Shown here piece by piece: positions 23,562-36,680 of a DNA stretch of 64,000 nt. The notes under the pieces are model-generated. The model was not told the DNA's origin, did no database searches, and saw nothing but the letters and a program-made list of their open reading frames with translations. Made by a program: the position numbers and the translations under genes. The first letter of the stretch is position 1, and each line of letters starts with the position of its first letter. This stretch comes from Octopus bimaculoides (lineage: Eukaryota), in assembly GCF_001194135.2 (NCBI RefSeq), contig NC_068987.1, positions 94,986,289 to 95,050,288 on the forward strand. Reading direction: 5' to 3'.

Positions 23562-24199
23562 TGACTGCTTACTATTAGAATACATTTGAACATGTTTTCA
23601 AAACAACGACAACCATAACCACTTCAGTTTTATCAGTAATTATTGTTATTGACTTTCAACATGATATCCAAAGTATGCAGATGTCCCCCATGGGAAGATG
23701 GCTTTACAACTAACATAACTGGGCAGCAATTTTCTCTCACGCGTTTTCGTTTCCGTCTTATTGAGTTGTGACATTGAATTTGCCATCGTTGTTACCGTAG
23801 TTATTGAACCCTAGGTCAGCTGTGATCCAGAATGCCTATGATATAAATGTGTTGTAATTATGACTGTTATTTTGATTAAAATGTTTCTGGTTTTAAATTA
23901 TCCATGGTGTATAATCCGTTTTATGAAGACGGTAGGGAGTGATTTGAGGGAGATTCCATTGCTATCTCTAACAGATCAAGTGACCACATAATGGTTCCGC
24001 CGCTGGCCTGTTTATATGTGATCGATTCATTGCAGCTATTCTTCAAGTTTGAATCTTATCCAGGTGACTAGTTATGGTCTACTCCCCCCCTTTTCTCACA
24101 CATCATATTTCTATAGCTTCAACAACATACTTCGGTGCACCCACACACATTTTCTGATTGGATAACCGAATGCATTAGTTATAATTAAAATTTGTAACA

Positions 24200-24424
24200 T
24201 TTCTTTCTTTCTTTCTTTCTTTCTTTGATTTTCTGTATTTTTCTTTCTACCATTTTCTTTTTTCTTTCTTTCATTTTCGTTTTCTTTTTTTTTTTTTGCA
24301 TTATAACTTTAACACTTTATATTCACTTGCATCCTCTTTTTGTACCCTTTTTTCCCCCTTTTTCCTTTTATCTTTCTCTCTTTCGATTTCTTTCTTTCTT
24401 CACTGAATTTCTCTTCTCTCTGTT

Positions 24425-24472
<48 letters not shown>

Positions 24473-24758
24473 CTTTTGTTGCTGGTGTTTCTGTTGCGAC
24501 TCCCACAGATGCCGCACTTATTGCATTTCTTGGTCTTTCTCACATTCTCTTCCTCCTCCTCCTCGTCTTCCTCCTCCTCCTCGTCTTCCTCCTCCTCCTC
24601 GTCTTCGTCGTCGTTATTTTTATTGTTGTTGCTTTTGGTGTTCTTTTAATATTAAAAGCCAAAGGGAGTTTACAGCAGCAACTTTTAATTACTTGCAAGA
24701 GCTGCAGAAGTTATTTGCGTCTTGGGAGATGGATGTAAGGAGAGAGAGAGAGAGAGAC

Positions 24759-24829
<71 letters not shown>

Positions 24830-24954
24830 GGCAGGCAGACAGACAGACAGAGAGAGACAGAGACAGACAAACAGAGACAGATATACACAGACAGACAGAC
24901 ATACACAGATAGACACGTCGGATGGGTGGTGGATAGGTAACGAAAACAAAAAAC

Positions 24955-24990
<36 letters not shown>

Positions 24991-25009
24991 AGAAAGAGAG
25001 AGAGAGAGA

Positions 25010-25045
<36 letters not shown>

Positions 25046-25179
25046 CGTGAGGAAAATAGGACATTACTACGGAACGTGGGATGGAAGAGATATTGAAAGA
25101 ATGAGAATACTCGAAGAAGTAAAAGGGACACAAGGAGAAAGACAGAGAAATAATAGTAGAGAGAGAGAGAAAGAGAGAA

Positions 25180-25212
<33 letters not shown>

Positions 25213-25340
25213 AAGAGAGAGAGAGATCAGAGGCGATGGGTGATATGTGTGTCTGCGTGTGTGCTTGCATACATACATACATATTGACATACATATATAC
25301 ATGCATAAACACACACACACACACACACACACATATATGT
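24200..25340. repeat. Compound low-complexity block: (TTTC)n, (CT)n, (CCT)n, (GA)n, (CAGA)n, (CA)n
   Basis: Directly visible; source of the 398-aa and similar spurious ORFs. Confidence 0.95.
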
Positions 25341-25681
25341 ATATATAAACAAATATATACTTATCCACATACATATTCAGGTGTGTTTCTCTCTGTATTC
25401 ACGACGTATATACAGCGATAAAAGAATGTCCATGTGGGTACATTTGTGTGAGCGGGTATTTGTGTGAATAGGTAAACCATTGAACAAACGCGGACTAAGA
25501 ACGTCACAGAGACAAAGGGAAAAGATGGCGGAAAATATATTAAATGCAGAAGGAGACAGATATACATGAAAAGGGGAAAAGACAGATGAGTACTTGTGTG
25601 AGTCTGATTAGGTATATCTAGCTATGTGTATACATCTATCTATGCGTATACACACACATATATGTGTTTACGTATGTATAT

Positions 25682-26139
25682 ACTCTTTTACTCTTTTGCT
25701 CTTTTACTTGTTTCAGTCATTTGACTGTGGCCATGCTAGAGCACCGCCTTTAGTCGAGCATATCGACCCCCGGATTTATTCTTTGGATGCCTAGTACTTA
25801 TTCTATCGGTCTCTTTTGCCGAACCGCTATGTTACGGGGACGTAAACACACCACCATCGGTTGCCAAGCAATGTTGGGGGGACAAACACTGACACACAAA
25901 CATATACACGCACATATATATACATATATATACACATATATGACAGGCTTCTTTCAGTTTCCGTCTACCAAATTCACTCACAAGGCTTTGGTCGGCCCGA
26001 GGCTATAGTAGAAGACACTTGCCCAAGGTGCTACGCNNNNNNNNNNGCTATAGTAGAAGACACTTGCCCAAGGTGCTACGCAGTGGGACTGAACCCGGAA
26101 CCATGTGGTTGGTAAGCAAGCTACTTACCACACAGCCAC
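25682..26139 (-). mobile_element. SINE family A, full length
   Basis: Same head, body, internal microsatellite, 3' module and (gtaaaaga)n tail as 6844-7233; contains a 10-N gap with a duplicated overlap. Confidence 0.9.
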
Positions 26140-26207
26140 ATATATGTATAGGTGTTATATATATATATAATCTCTCTCTCTCTCTCCATATATAATTTAT
26201 AGATATT

Positions 26208-26407
26208 CTTTTCTACTCTAGGTACAAGGCCCGAAATTTTTGGGGAGTGGGCCAGTCGATTAGATCGACTCCAGTACCCAACTGTTACTTAATTTATCGA
26301 CCTCGAAAGGATGAAAGGCAAAGTCGAGCTCGATTGAATTTGAACAGAACATAAAGACAGACGAAAGTATTTTGCCTGGCGTGCTAACGTTTCTGCCAGC
26401 TTCGCTT
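26208..26407 (-). mobile_element. SINE family B, tail variant 2, with 19-bp TSD
   Basis: Family head and core; tail cccaaaaatttcgggccttgtacc; perfect direct repeat TATATAATTTATAGATATT at 26189-26207 and 26408-26426. Confidence 0.9.
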
Positions 26408-26668
26408 TATATAATTTATAGATATTATAGATATATATGTATATATGTATATCTACAGGTCGGGCCAGAAGTCACAAAGGACTTGAAATATCTAATAGCT
26501 CCTTTTATTTTTCGTATTAAATTTTCATTAGCATAATATCATATACAGTACATATAAAAAAATATATATTTACACTATGTACGAAAACGGCAACAAATGT
26601 TTTTAGATTCAGGAGCATTTTTAACACCACAAAACAAGTTGTCCTATATTCCTTTCTGCGTGGAGTAC

Positions 26669-26669
<1 letters not shown>

Positions 26670-26699
<30 letters not shown>

Positions 26700-26742
26700 C
26701 TTCTTCTTCTTCTTCTTCTTCTTCTTCTTCTTCTTCTTCTTC
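26670..26742. repeat. (TTC)n microsatellite
   Basis: About 24 perfect units. Confidence 0.97.
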
Positions 26743-26779
26743 ATACATATTTAGTTCGAATTTGCAGAAGAAGGACGAA

Positions 26780-27130
26780 GACAGGTGAGGGAGCATCAAG
26801 CAGGTGTATTAGTATGATATTTGGCAAGAATGGAGAGGGTTTTGACGTTTCGAGCCTACGCTCTTCGACAGAAAGGATTGAGAGGGAAAAACTAGAGAGT
26901 GGGAAAAATGTATAGCGATTAATGTTTCGACATGATGAAATATATATATATAGTCAATTGAAATACATAAAAGTTTTCTTTTAATATGAACAAAAAAAGT
27001 AACGGACAACAAGAGCACGTTCAGAAGGAATGCATAATCTTGACGCTCGGTGGAAGAAGAGAGTTTGACGTTTCGAACATAGTTCTTCGTTGAAAAGGAG
27101 AAAGGAAAAAGTTTAAAGATTGAAAAGAAA
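26780..27130 (-). mobile_element. Probable Penelope-like LTR remnant with two hammerhead-like motifs
   Basis: Two related motifs 223 bp apart: CTGTCGA A GAGC GTAG GCTC GAAA CGTC (26871-26844) and TCAACGA A GAAC TAT GTTC GAAA CGTC (27093-27067). Confidence 0.5.
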
Positions 27131-27435
27131 TCACCAACATTACGTGTGCAGTTACAGTGCATATGTATGTGTGTGTATATATATATGTGTGTGCGTGTGT
27201 GTGTGTATTTGTGTGTGTGCGTGAGTGCATATATGTATATCTACATATATATACGCGCATATATATTTATATATGTGCATATATATGCACATATGTTTAT
27301 ATATGTCTACACACTCTCACATTTATATAAACATACATGTATACGTATATACATACACACGTATATATATACACATATATATATATATACATATACACAT
27401 ACATACATGCATGCATGCATACATACATACATACA

Positions 27436-27467
<32 letters not shown>

Positions 27468-27709
27468 CATACATACAAGTATCCTCTTCCATATACACAT
27501 TCGGGAATTACCCAACAATACTTAACTGCAGAAAGTATTCAGCCTTTAAACACGAAAAACAATGGAATTTCCGGTTGAGTCTCATTAAAAGGACAAATGC
27601 TTTGCGGAGACTTGATGGGTGGACAGCTTTTATTATCTCAGCTGATTCTCTCTAAACTTCATGAATAAGTAAAGGTCATTCCGTCAGTGTGTATGCATGT
27701 AAGTTTATG

Positions 27710-27748
<39 letters not shown>

Positions 27749-27769
27749 NNNNNNNNNNNNNNNNNATAT

Positions 27770-27810
<41 letters not shown>

Positions 27811-28589
27811 CATGTATATATATATGTACGCATGTATTTATGTCTGCATTCAACATATATATATATATATTCTTAAAGAGATATATGCTTCCCTACGTAC
27901 ATGAACACACATATTAATTTCTATATGTTCTTGTATGTTTTCATGTATTCGTAAACACACATACGATACTGATATCTATATAAACATATATACACTTACT
28001 GTCATATACATGGCTATAGTTTAAATACTTCTTTGTGAAACCCAGTTAAAAGTATTTTAGAAAGGCACCACAATATAAGTTGGAAATAATTGTATAAGAG
28101 GACAAAAGAAAAAATAAGACAATAGAAAAATAAGACAAAAGAAAAAATATTAAATAAATAAAAATCTGTAAAATACAGAAAGTCTTAACCTTTTGCTTTA
28201 TATTTCAATATGTCGTATTTAAAAGCATTTATCATGAGCTAACCACTTTCTAACACATATTACAACATCATTAACCTTCAGTAGCTTCAAATAGAAGCTT
28301 TCTTTCGATTTGTCTATTCAGTTACTTTATTCTATAGGAATTTTGTAGAGCTGTTTGAAACTTTTTCCATGAAAGTCGTAGAATTCGATTAAGTATTCCC
28401 CATTTTTTTTCAGTCTAATATCCATGCAATAATGAACACCTCAAGGTCCCTTTAATCTTATGACCATTTATTATTGTTCCATAGAAAGTCGATGAAACTT
28501 TTGACGTCTTCATTGGTCAAATTGAGAATTGCAATGATTACTATTATTCGCCTGTTCCCATTAGACAGCCTTTTACTCTTAAACTAGTT

Positions 28590-29500
28590 TCAGCTGGATT
28601 CATCCAGTCAACCGCCTGCATTTTATTGCCGACTTAGTACCATGCATTTGAAAAGATAGTTCATTACTCACGTCAGTGCTCAGGTCGCGCACTGATTTTG
28701 ATTCAGGGATTGCAGTCCCTGCTGGTGTAGTGTATCTTGTTTGCATTTCATTCACCTTTGTATGTTGGAATTTCCCAGCATTGAACTGCATGTTGTTGTC
28801 CTCCACCAACCTGTGTATTGTGTCTTATCATTGTTGCATGTGCCTAGCATCCCCAGACTTTTGTATCCTCTGAGATATTTGTGTATCGTCTGCATAGCTA
28901 TCTGAACAGCTGAGTGCGTGTCTGAGAAGCCTGCTATGAGTAGCAATGGCCATAAGATAGTGTCCCATGGAACACCACTCACTCATTTGTATTTCCTCAG
29001 ACGTAGCTCCACAGCCTGACTTTTCCGACTATGCCCAGATCACATGCAGCTGGTGACATATCGTACTATAGTCGATTCTATCAAAGCTTTTACAAAGTCG
29101 AAATACATCACGCTCACATTTGATTTGTTAAGCAGCTGGTTTAACGCCAAGTTGTAGTGTTCCACGAGCTCTGTCAGACAGCTTCAACCTGGTCGAAGGC
29201 TGTTCTGTGTCAGTCAGCAAGTCCATCTCTTCAAGGAATGCGACTATTTACCTTCAGACTGTTCGTTTCATGACTTTGCTGATGTATGAGGTCAGAGAGA
29301 CAAACCTATAATTTCGAGCATCTTCTCTGCTTCCTCCTTTATGAATAGGGCATATCATTTCCTCCTTCAATTTGCTTGAGAGCATACTTTTGCAAGGAAG
29401 CTTTGAAAAAGATACTGCAGAAGTTTTTCTAGTGCACATGCCCATGATTTGAGAAGGATTGCTAGGAGTCCATCTGGATCAGCATCTGAATTTGCGGCTA
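28590..29500 (-). mobile_element. CR1-group LINE RT fragment
   Basis: RNYRFVSLTSYISKVMKRTV, YFDFVKA, SGVPWDTILWPLLLI, DNNMQFNAGKFQ in RT order. Confidence 0.85.
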
Positions 29501-30885
29501 CCTCATCTAATAAGTACCAGTCCTATTCTAGTAATATGTAATTCAGGCCATAACCTAATGAAAACCGAACACCGAACGCACGCTGCAGATAAGACTGGCT
29601 TTTAAAAAAAATTATTGTTGCAAAACAATTTACAGCAGGTTTTATAGATAGGAAAAGAACCAATCAGAATTAGCCATCATACACGCGCGCGCGCGCAATA
29701 GACTGAATGGCACATAACATGTAGTCGTAAGTTCAAGTTGTAACATCATCTATGGCCGGTTTTATATATTTTTTTTTATGTCGATATAAAATATAATCAG
29801 TTATTACTGTATCCTTGGTGATAGATGGAGTGGAAAAGAACTCCGTTGGTTTAAACTCTGTGTCCTAACTAGATGGGGAAAATGCCTTTGAACTGTTAGT
29901 TTAGTATTTCACTTAACCCCATTGGGTTTCCTGTGGGGAGCCATCTTTTTGGAAGAAGGATAGTGTACTGAGACGTTTCTTTGGCAAAATTTAAGAAAGA
30001 CTTATGGTCTGACTATATATATTTTATAACCCGGGCTTCTTTATCTGCTCTCTTTTTCATGAGATTGTTGCAAACTTTTCACAATCTCCATCAGTGTTGT
30101 TTTCAGGCGGCACTTGTCACTACTTTTGAAATATTTGTTTTAGGCGATTTACAACCTTTGTCCGCCGTTTCGTAATAAATTTCCTCTCTCTGGGAATCTC
30201 GTTGTAGTGTATCTTGGCCTTGTTCTCTAGGAGAGATTTGTAACGTATGGTTTGCATTACGGACATGAAATGTTTAAGTTTCATGTCGATTCAATGTGTG
30301 ATTTGGAGAAACATCTAGGCCAATCCTGCTGGGGTTCTCTTTCTGAATCGATTTTTATTTTGCCCTATGAAAGTGCAGACAGGAGAGATTTCGGGTGTTA
30401 CTTATAGGTTGTATGTTTGCAGATACTTTTGATCCACATTCAGAAAAAAAGGGGGGGAAAAAATCCCTCTCTCAGAATAGAACCGATGAACTGCTAGGAA
30501 AAGGTACAGATTTTATAATTTCTTCAGAGCAGCAACGTTACAAAATTGTAATTGCTTTAGATATCACACTAAAGTTGAATAAAAGTACATATTCTACTGA
30601 CAGAACGCTAACTGAAGATATACTATACATCAGTAAAACATCCGCAACCATTCGTCTTAAATAAAAATACAAAAACATTATTTTAAAAGAATATCAAATT
30701 TATCCTCAGCCAACTCTGTTATATTTATTATCTGTAAACAATGACGCATTGAACAGAAACAGTTTCAAAGGAAAGGAGATAGTGAAACATAGCTCACAAA
30801 ATAGTTGAACTAAGAAAACAGAGGTGAACTGGTTTAACTTCTTATAACAACATTTATGTAAGAACCAGTAGAAATACAATTTTCT

Positions 30886-30931
<46 letters not shown>

Positions 30932-32339
30932 CCTTCAACCCGTCGGTCTTTAAATAAGAAAAATGTAACATATGCTTAGAAAATACCGAAGCTCAACAAT
31001 TCCACCGCAACGAAACTGAGAAATGAAATTCATCATCTTTTTAAAATCTAGAAATTGTCATCATAACACAAGTGGGGATTCCTAGCCTTCGTTGTTATAC
31101 AATTGACAGTCCCAGTAAGTTATTGGTGTATGGAGCTCAGAAAAATTACCACTGATATCGAAAAGAACTTTAAAGTAAACAAGAAGATAAAGAAAAGCAA
31201 TTCTATGCGAATATATCTCTGTCTCTCTGTAAGCATTTATAAATGTATATGAGCATATGCATGTGTATATATGCAAACGCATGCACCTAACAACAACAGT
31301 AACAACGCACAACGCGCGCACGCACGCACAGACGCGCGCGCGCACGCACAGACGCGCACACACACACACATACCCAACGCATATACATTCATTACTTTTA
31401 CGAATCAACAGACTGCGTACGATGCTATTTGTTTTAATTCTCATGTTTTATGCCACACAAGCTGCTTCACCGGCAACACGTAGATCAGATTCATTGTAAA
31501 TTTTCTATTACTTCATTCTTATTTCAAGAGCTGAAAGAACTAACAGAAAATATCAATGATTAGTTTGGCGTTACTGGTAACAGATAACAGCAATTATGAC
31601 TTATTGAATTCTTTGTGTGATTGTCGTTTGCAGTCAAAGTATATTTCGTTCTACAAAGCCAAAATGAAGCTGTTGACACTGTTGTAATAGGTATATTTTC
31701 TGAAACGAGTCTGTTGTGTTGGGAAGTATGTTAAGTTAATCATTTATCACTGCAGCATCACATCACATTGGTGTATTTTAGAAATTATCTACCACATTGT
31801 TTTATTGAAGCATTATAAAGAAAGGAAAAGTTTAGCTATTGTTTTAAAGGAACCGTTAGAGACTCTTTTATTTAGTATTCATAACTTAGTAAATATTTTA
31901 AACATATTTCAAGACTATAGTCTAGTAGGATGTTGAAACACTTTTAATTTACACCGGCAAATTTTTACACTGAAATCGAACAGGAGCATTTAGAAATTTG
32001 GTGTATTTCTTTAAGATGAATACATAATGTTAATTATTGAAAGTATAACAAGATGGTTGCCATTCTTTCAATCAAGAATTTCAAGACGATAACATTATTT
32101 TAGTCCGTAACAACCTTTCTGTCACTGATAATCTATCGATCTAAGAGTTTCTTTGAAGATCAATTGAAGAGAAGATATTGTTTGTGAGGAATATATTCTA
32201 CACCCAATATATCTGAAGAGACCTCAGTAAAGTTGAACAAACTTCAATACCATTAAACACATTCTTTATCTCTTAGAATTTCTCATTATTTTTCTTCAGT
32301 GTCCACTTGTAAAGTTTACGCTTAGCCAAATATATCGAC

Positions 32340-32720
32340 TGTTTGCTCCCGTATATTCCTCTACTGTTGTCTGAAAACCTGCACAATCGTAGAAAAGGTA
32401 ATATTGTTGCCTTAAATATTAAATCCGTCGAGCGTGTCTGGCATAAAAGAAAAAAAATTGCTAAATGTTTCACTTATGTTCTCTTCTGTCCTCCTTCCGT
32501 TTCGGATCGTATGCTCCCAATCAGACCACACTATTTCCTTATGAACCCTGAACTTCTCTTCAACTTTAATTCTTTCACCTCAAGAGCCTCTGGCACCAAC
32601 CCTCTTTCTTACTACCTTAAAGATCTACTTACAGTAACTTCTAACAACCTATATACCTATGCAATTCACACCACTTTCATGTAAACTACAGACAAGCTTA
32701 GTGTCATCTAATGACAACCT
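32340..32720 (+). mobile_element. Possible highly decayed Penelope-like linker/GIY-YIG remnant
   Basis: LPYIPLLLSENL and LKDLLTVTSNNLYTYAI resemble PLE motifs LPYIP..SE.L and FTC.S.NVIY.I. Weak. Confidence 0.35.
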
Positions 32721-33074
32721 GCCTCTACCTCTCTCTCTTCTCTTCTCACGTGACCGTCGTTCGGCCAAGCCTGATTTTTCTTTCTTGGCCGGCCGTTGTC
32801 CGTGCAACATCGATATTCCTCCCTGTGCTTGTGAAATCTTGTATCCTCGCCGTAAGGCTTTATTACCACTCATGCCAGCTTAACTTAATTCGTCATTACG
32901 AATGACACCTGTTGTTATGTCCTGTTATTATTATTTTTGTTATATTTGTGTAACATTCTCCGTTTTTTCCACGACCTTGTTTTCATATACATTCGCTGCT
33001 TTCTTCCAAGGAATCTGATACTATTCGCTTAGTTTTTCCGTGGGGCTGGCCAGATTGGAGCAATCTCGAGTATA

Positions 33075-33251
33075 ATCAGCTGAAATTGCGAAGATAATCT
33101 GGTACTCGACTGAAGAAAGAAAATTCCAAATGACCCGTCCTTGTTTTCTTTGCATCGTCTATCTGAAGGTTTTTTTATCCCTTTTTTGTATCACCTAACT
33201 GTCTTGATGTTTTGAGTTCTTGTCCCGTTTTGTATTATATATATATATATA
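33075..33251 (+). repeat. Unclassified dispersed repeat ending in (TA)n, copy 1
   Basis: Clear homology to the reverse complement of 45490-45680 (gataatctgg..tcgactgaagaaagaaaa..tgtatcacctaactgtct..gttcttgtccc..tgtattatata). Confidence 0.8.
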
Positions 33252-33666
33252 NNNNNNNNNNNNNNNNNNNNNNNNNNNNNNNNNNNNNNNNNNNNNNNNN
33301 NNNNNNNNNNNNNNNNNNNNNNNNNNNNNNNNNNNNNNNNNNNNNNNNNNNNNNNNNNNNNNNNNNNNNNNNNNNNNNNNNNNNNNNNNNNNNNNNNNNN
33401 NNNNNNNNNNNNNNNNNNNNNNNNNNNNNNNNNNNNNNNNNNNNNNNNNNNNNNNNNNNNNNNNNNNNNNNNNNNNNNNNNNNNNNNNNNNNNNNNNNNN
33501 NNNNNNNNNNNNNNNNNNNNNNNNNNNNNNNNNNNNNNNNNNNNNNNNNNNNNNNNNNNNNNNNNNNNNNNNNNNNNNNNNNNNNNNNNNNNNNNNNNNN
33601 NNNNNNNNNNNNNNNNNNNNNNNNNNNNNNNNNNNNNNNNNNNNNNNNNNNNNNNNNNNNNNNNNN

Positions 33667-33826
33667 AAGGGATCAGCAAGCATTTGCTTCACCATATACC
33701 GAAGTTCAGAAATAGCAGCTAAAAAAACTGAGACTCCAACAGATAGCTATCTGTTGGAGTCTCAACTTTTTTAGCTGCTATTTCTGAACTTCGGTATATG
33801 GTGAAGCAAATGCTTGCTGATCCCTT
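33667..33826. repeat. 160-bp spacer-less palindrome
   Basis: Two 80-bp arms matching 78/80, centre gatag|ctatc; abuts an N gap on the left. Confidence 0.9.
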
Positions 33827-34440
33827 AATTATGTTTATAAATGTATGGGAGCTTTTAAATAAGTTCTCCACCGATAATGGTGCTTACATACCGAAGGGCT
33901 TGGTAAAAATTGTTAATTGTTGATTTATTAATAAATTAATAAATTGATAAATCTTTACCCTTTTAATTTATATATATATATATGTGTATGTATGTATATA
34001 GGTATAAACATAAATGTATGTATGTATTTATGTATGTATATGTCATAATTAGTAATATAGTGGTTTATTACAGTGTATTATCCGGAAACGTTTTCCTCAG
34101 ATTTCCTAAGCTCGCGCCTGGTTCTTCGATAATGGTCTTCTAGCAATGATATTTTATAAATTTGTACTGGCATTTTAGGTTGATAAATTTGATTTCACTG
34201 TCTTAGTGACAGAGATGATTATATATTAACTGGGCGAATTTTTTTTTGTATCTTTGTCAAAAATTATATGTCGAACAATGGCCGACCAATATTGATTTTA
34301 ATAAAATATGTTATGTAATAAATCATATATATACACACATGTACATATGTATATATGTGCATGTATACACGCATACACATTCATATATATATATCTAAAT
34401 ATATATATATGTTTTTAAATGAATCAATAATCCAATTCGG

Positions 34441-34495
<55 letters not shown>

Positions 34496-35236
34496 NNNNN
34501 NNNNNNNNNNNNNNNNNNNNNNNNNNNNNNNNNNNNNNNNNNNNNNNNNNNNNNNNNNNNNNNNNNNNNNNNNNNNNNNNNNNNNNNNNNNNNNNNNNNN
34601 NNNNNNNNNNNNNNNNNNNNNNNNNNNNNNNNNNNNNNNNNNNNNNNNNNNNNNNNNNNNNNNNNNNNNNNNNNNNNNNNNNNNNNNNNNNNNNNNNNNN
34701 NNNNNNNNNNNNNNNNNNNNNNNNNNNNNNNNNNNNNNNNNNNNNNNNNNNNNNNNNNNNNNNNNNNNNNNNNNNNNNNNNNNNNNNNNNNNNNNNNNNN
34801 NNNNNNNNNNNNNNNNNNNNNNNNNNNNNNNNNNNNNNNNNNNNNNNNNNNNNNNNNNNNNNNNNNNNNNNNNNNNNNNNNNNNNNNNNNNNNNNNNNNN
34901 NNNNNNNNNNNNNNNNNNNNNNNNNNNNNNNNNNNNNNNNNNNNNNNNNNNNNNNNNNNNNNNNNNNNNNNNNNNNNNNNNNNNNNNNNNNNNNNNNNNN
35001 NNNNNNNNNNNNNNNNNNNNNNNNNNNNNNNNNNNNNNNNNNNNNNNNNNNNNNNNNNNNNNNNNNNNNNNNNNNNNNNNNNNNNNNNNNNNNNNNNNNN
35101 NNNNNNNNNNNNNNNNNNNNNNNNNNNNNNNNNNNNNNNNNNNNNNNNNNNNNNNNNNNNNNNNNNNNNNNNNNNNNNNNNNNNNNNNNNNNNNNNNNNN
35201 NNNNNNNNNNNNNNNNNNNNNCAAAACAGGCTATTT

Positions 35237-35404
35237 TGACGTCCCCATTGGCTCTATACTGTTGCCGAATTAAGCGAGTTGGTTGGATGATTCCGGATCT
35301 ACAATGGCGTCCTCTTGTTTTGCTTACGGAGTAAATATACAGAATTAACGGCGTCTTAATTTCAAGCATTTCCAGCGTCTTTGTAGCAGATATCCACAGT
35401 AAGT
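35237..35404 (+). promoter_or_regulatory. Weak promoter/first-exon-like motif cluster
   Basis: TGACGTC (35237), ATTGG (35247), TTCCGGA (35291), caATGGCGTC (ATG at 35304), GTAAGT (35399). Motif content only. Confidence 0.25.
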
Positions 35405-36100
35405 GATTAATTATAATACTCAATAGATACAGCATGGGAGGGATACTTGAAGCAAATCTTAGAAACGTTGTTGGTGTCACCTTTTAAGTGAACGCAGAAT
35501 TGGCTATCAAAAATGAAAAGAAAAAGAAAATGTCAGCACAGAATCGAACCACCTATGGAACATTGTCAAACATGTTCCAAAAGCGTCAGTTGGTGGGTAA
35601 ATGAATTGTCGTAGGATGAACACGCATACAACGGAGCTGTAGGTTGCTACAGTGGCGAACGAAGATAATACAAGAAATAATAATGAAACCACTAACACCA
35701 TTTATCAGCCACTTACATATCTGATACTCTATCTCCGAGTACACTGTATTAGTGTAAAAATCAGTGATGCAAAACATTCTTTATCGAAAATTATTTCTCA
35801 AACGGCTACAAATTTCACAAGTTGTTCAATAGAAACACAATCAAGTTGAGGCCTGGAGTTAGACGTAAGATTGTTTCGAAAAACAAGAGACATGATGGAG
35901 ATATACTTCAGCTAAACGAGAAGAGCTGTCATGCAATTGCCGACAAAGATGACATTGGAGATGGTCAGGATGAGAGTAAGGTGGACATTGAAGTGAACAA
36001 GGAAAAGGAAGTTGATGAGAATGATAATGATGATATTGCTGAGAAGAATGATGATGATGATGTTCATAATGATTGGGATGAGCAATACTAGTAATGACAG

Positions 36101-36134
<34 letters not shown>

Positions 36135-36459
36135 CACGGCGATCGGTAGGACTTACAATAACAGTCTGCAATAAGGTTGAAGAGAATAAGTTGACTATCC
36201 TTAAAGCTATTGGAATATGCTTTATTGATGTGTAGTGAGAAATTGGTTTACATAAGGGAGTACGATGGCGGTCGTGCTGGAGCTATTAGAATGATTGAAA
36301 AAGCATGCGATTCTGAGTGTAGTTTCGGTCCCCAAAGTTTGGATTTCTTCCTCCAGATAGAAAATGTTTCCTGTGTTTGTTTAGCTATTAATGCTTGTCA
36401 GTTGTTTATGTTTCTCACTAACTTTTATAAGAAGATGATGGCCCCAATTTTGAATGGGT

Positions 36460-36630
36460 CTAAGTTACGGGGATATAAACACACCGACGCCGGTTGTGCG
36501 GACAAACGCACACATGAATGCACACTCACATATAGGCATATACACGACGGGTTTCTTTCAGTTCCCCTCTACTAAATCCAATCACAAAGCTTGGGCATCC
36601 CCACACTGTAGTAGAAGACGCTTGGCCAAA
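36460..36630 (-). mobile_element. Degenerate partial SINE family A
   Basis: taagttacgggga, acgacgggtttctttcagtt, gtagtagaagacgcttg. Confidence 0.65.
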
Positions 36631-36680
36631 AAATTTTCCTTTTAACACCGACAGAAATTTCAAAACGAAGAGACACGATA

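Noticed and set aside
26003-26080. 34-bp direct repeat inside SINE A
   Set aside because: The two copies flank a 10-N gap, which indicates an unmerged contig overlap.
35822-36091. Acidic 89-aa ORF
   Set aside because: Acidity comes from degenerate GAT repeats grading into a (GAT)n microsatellite.
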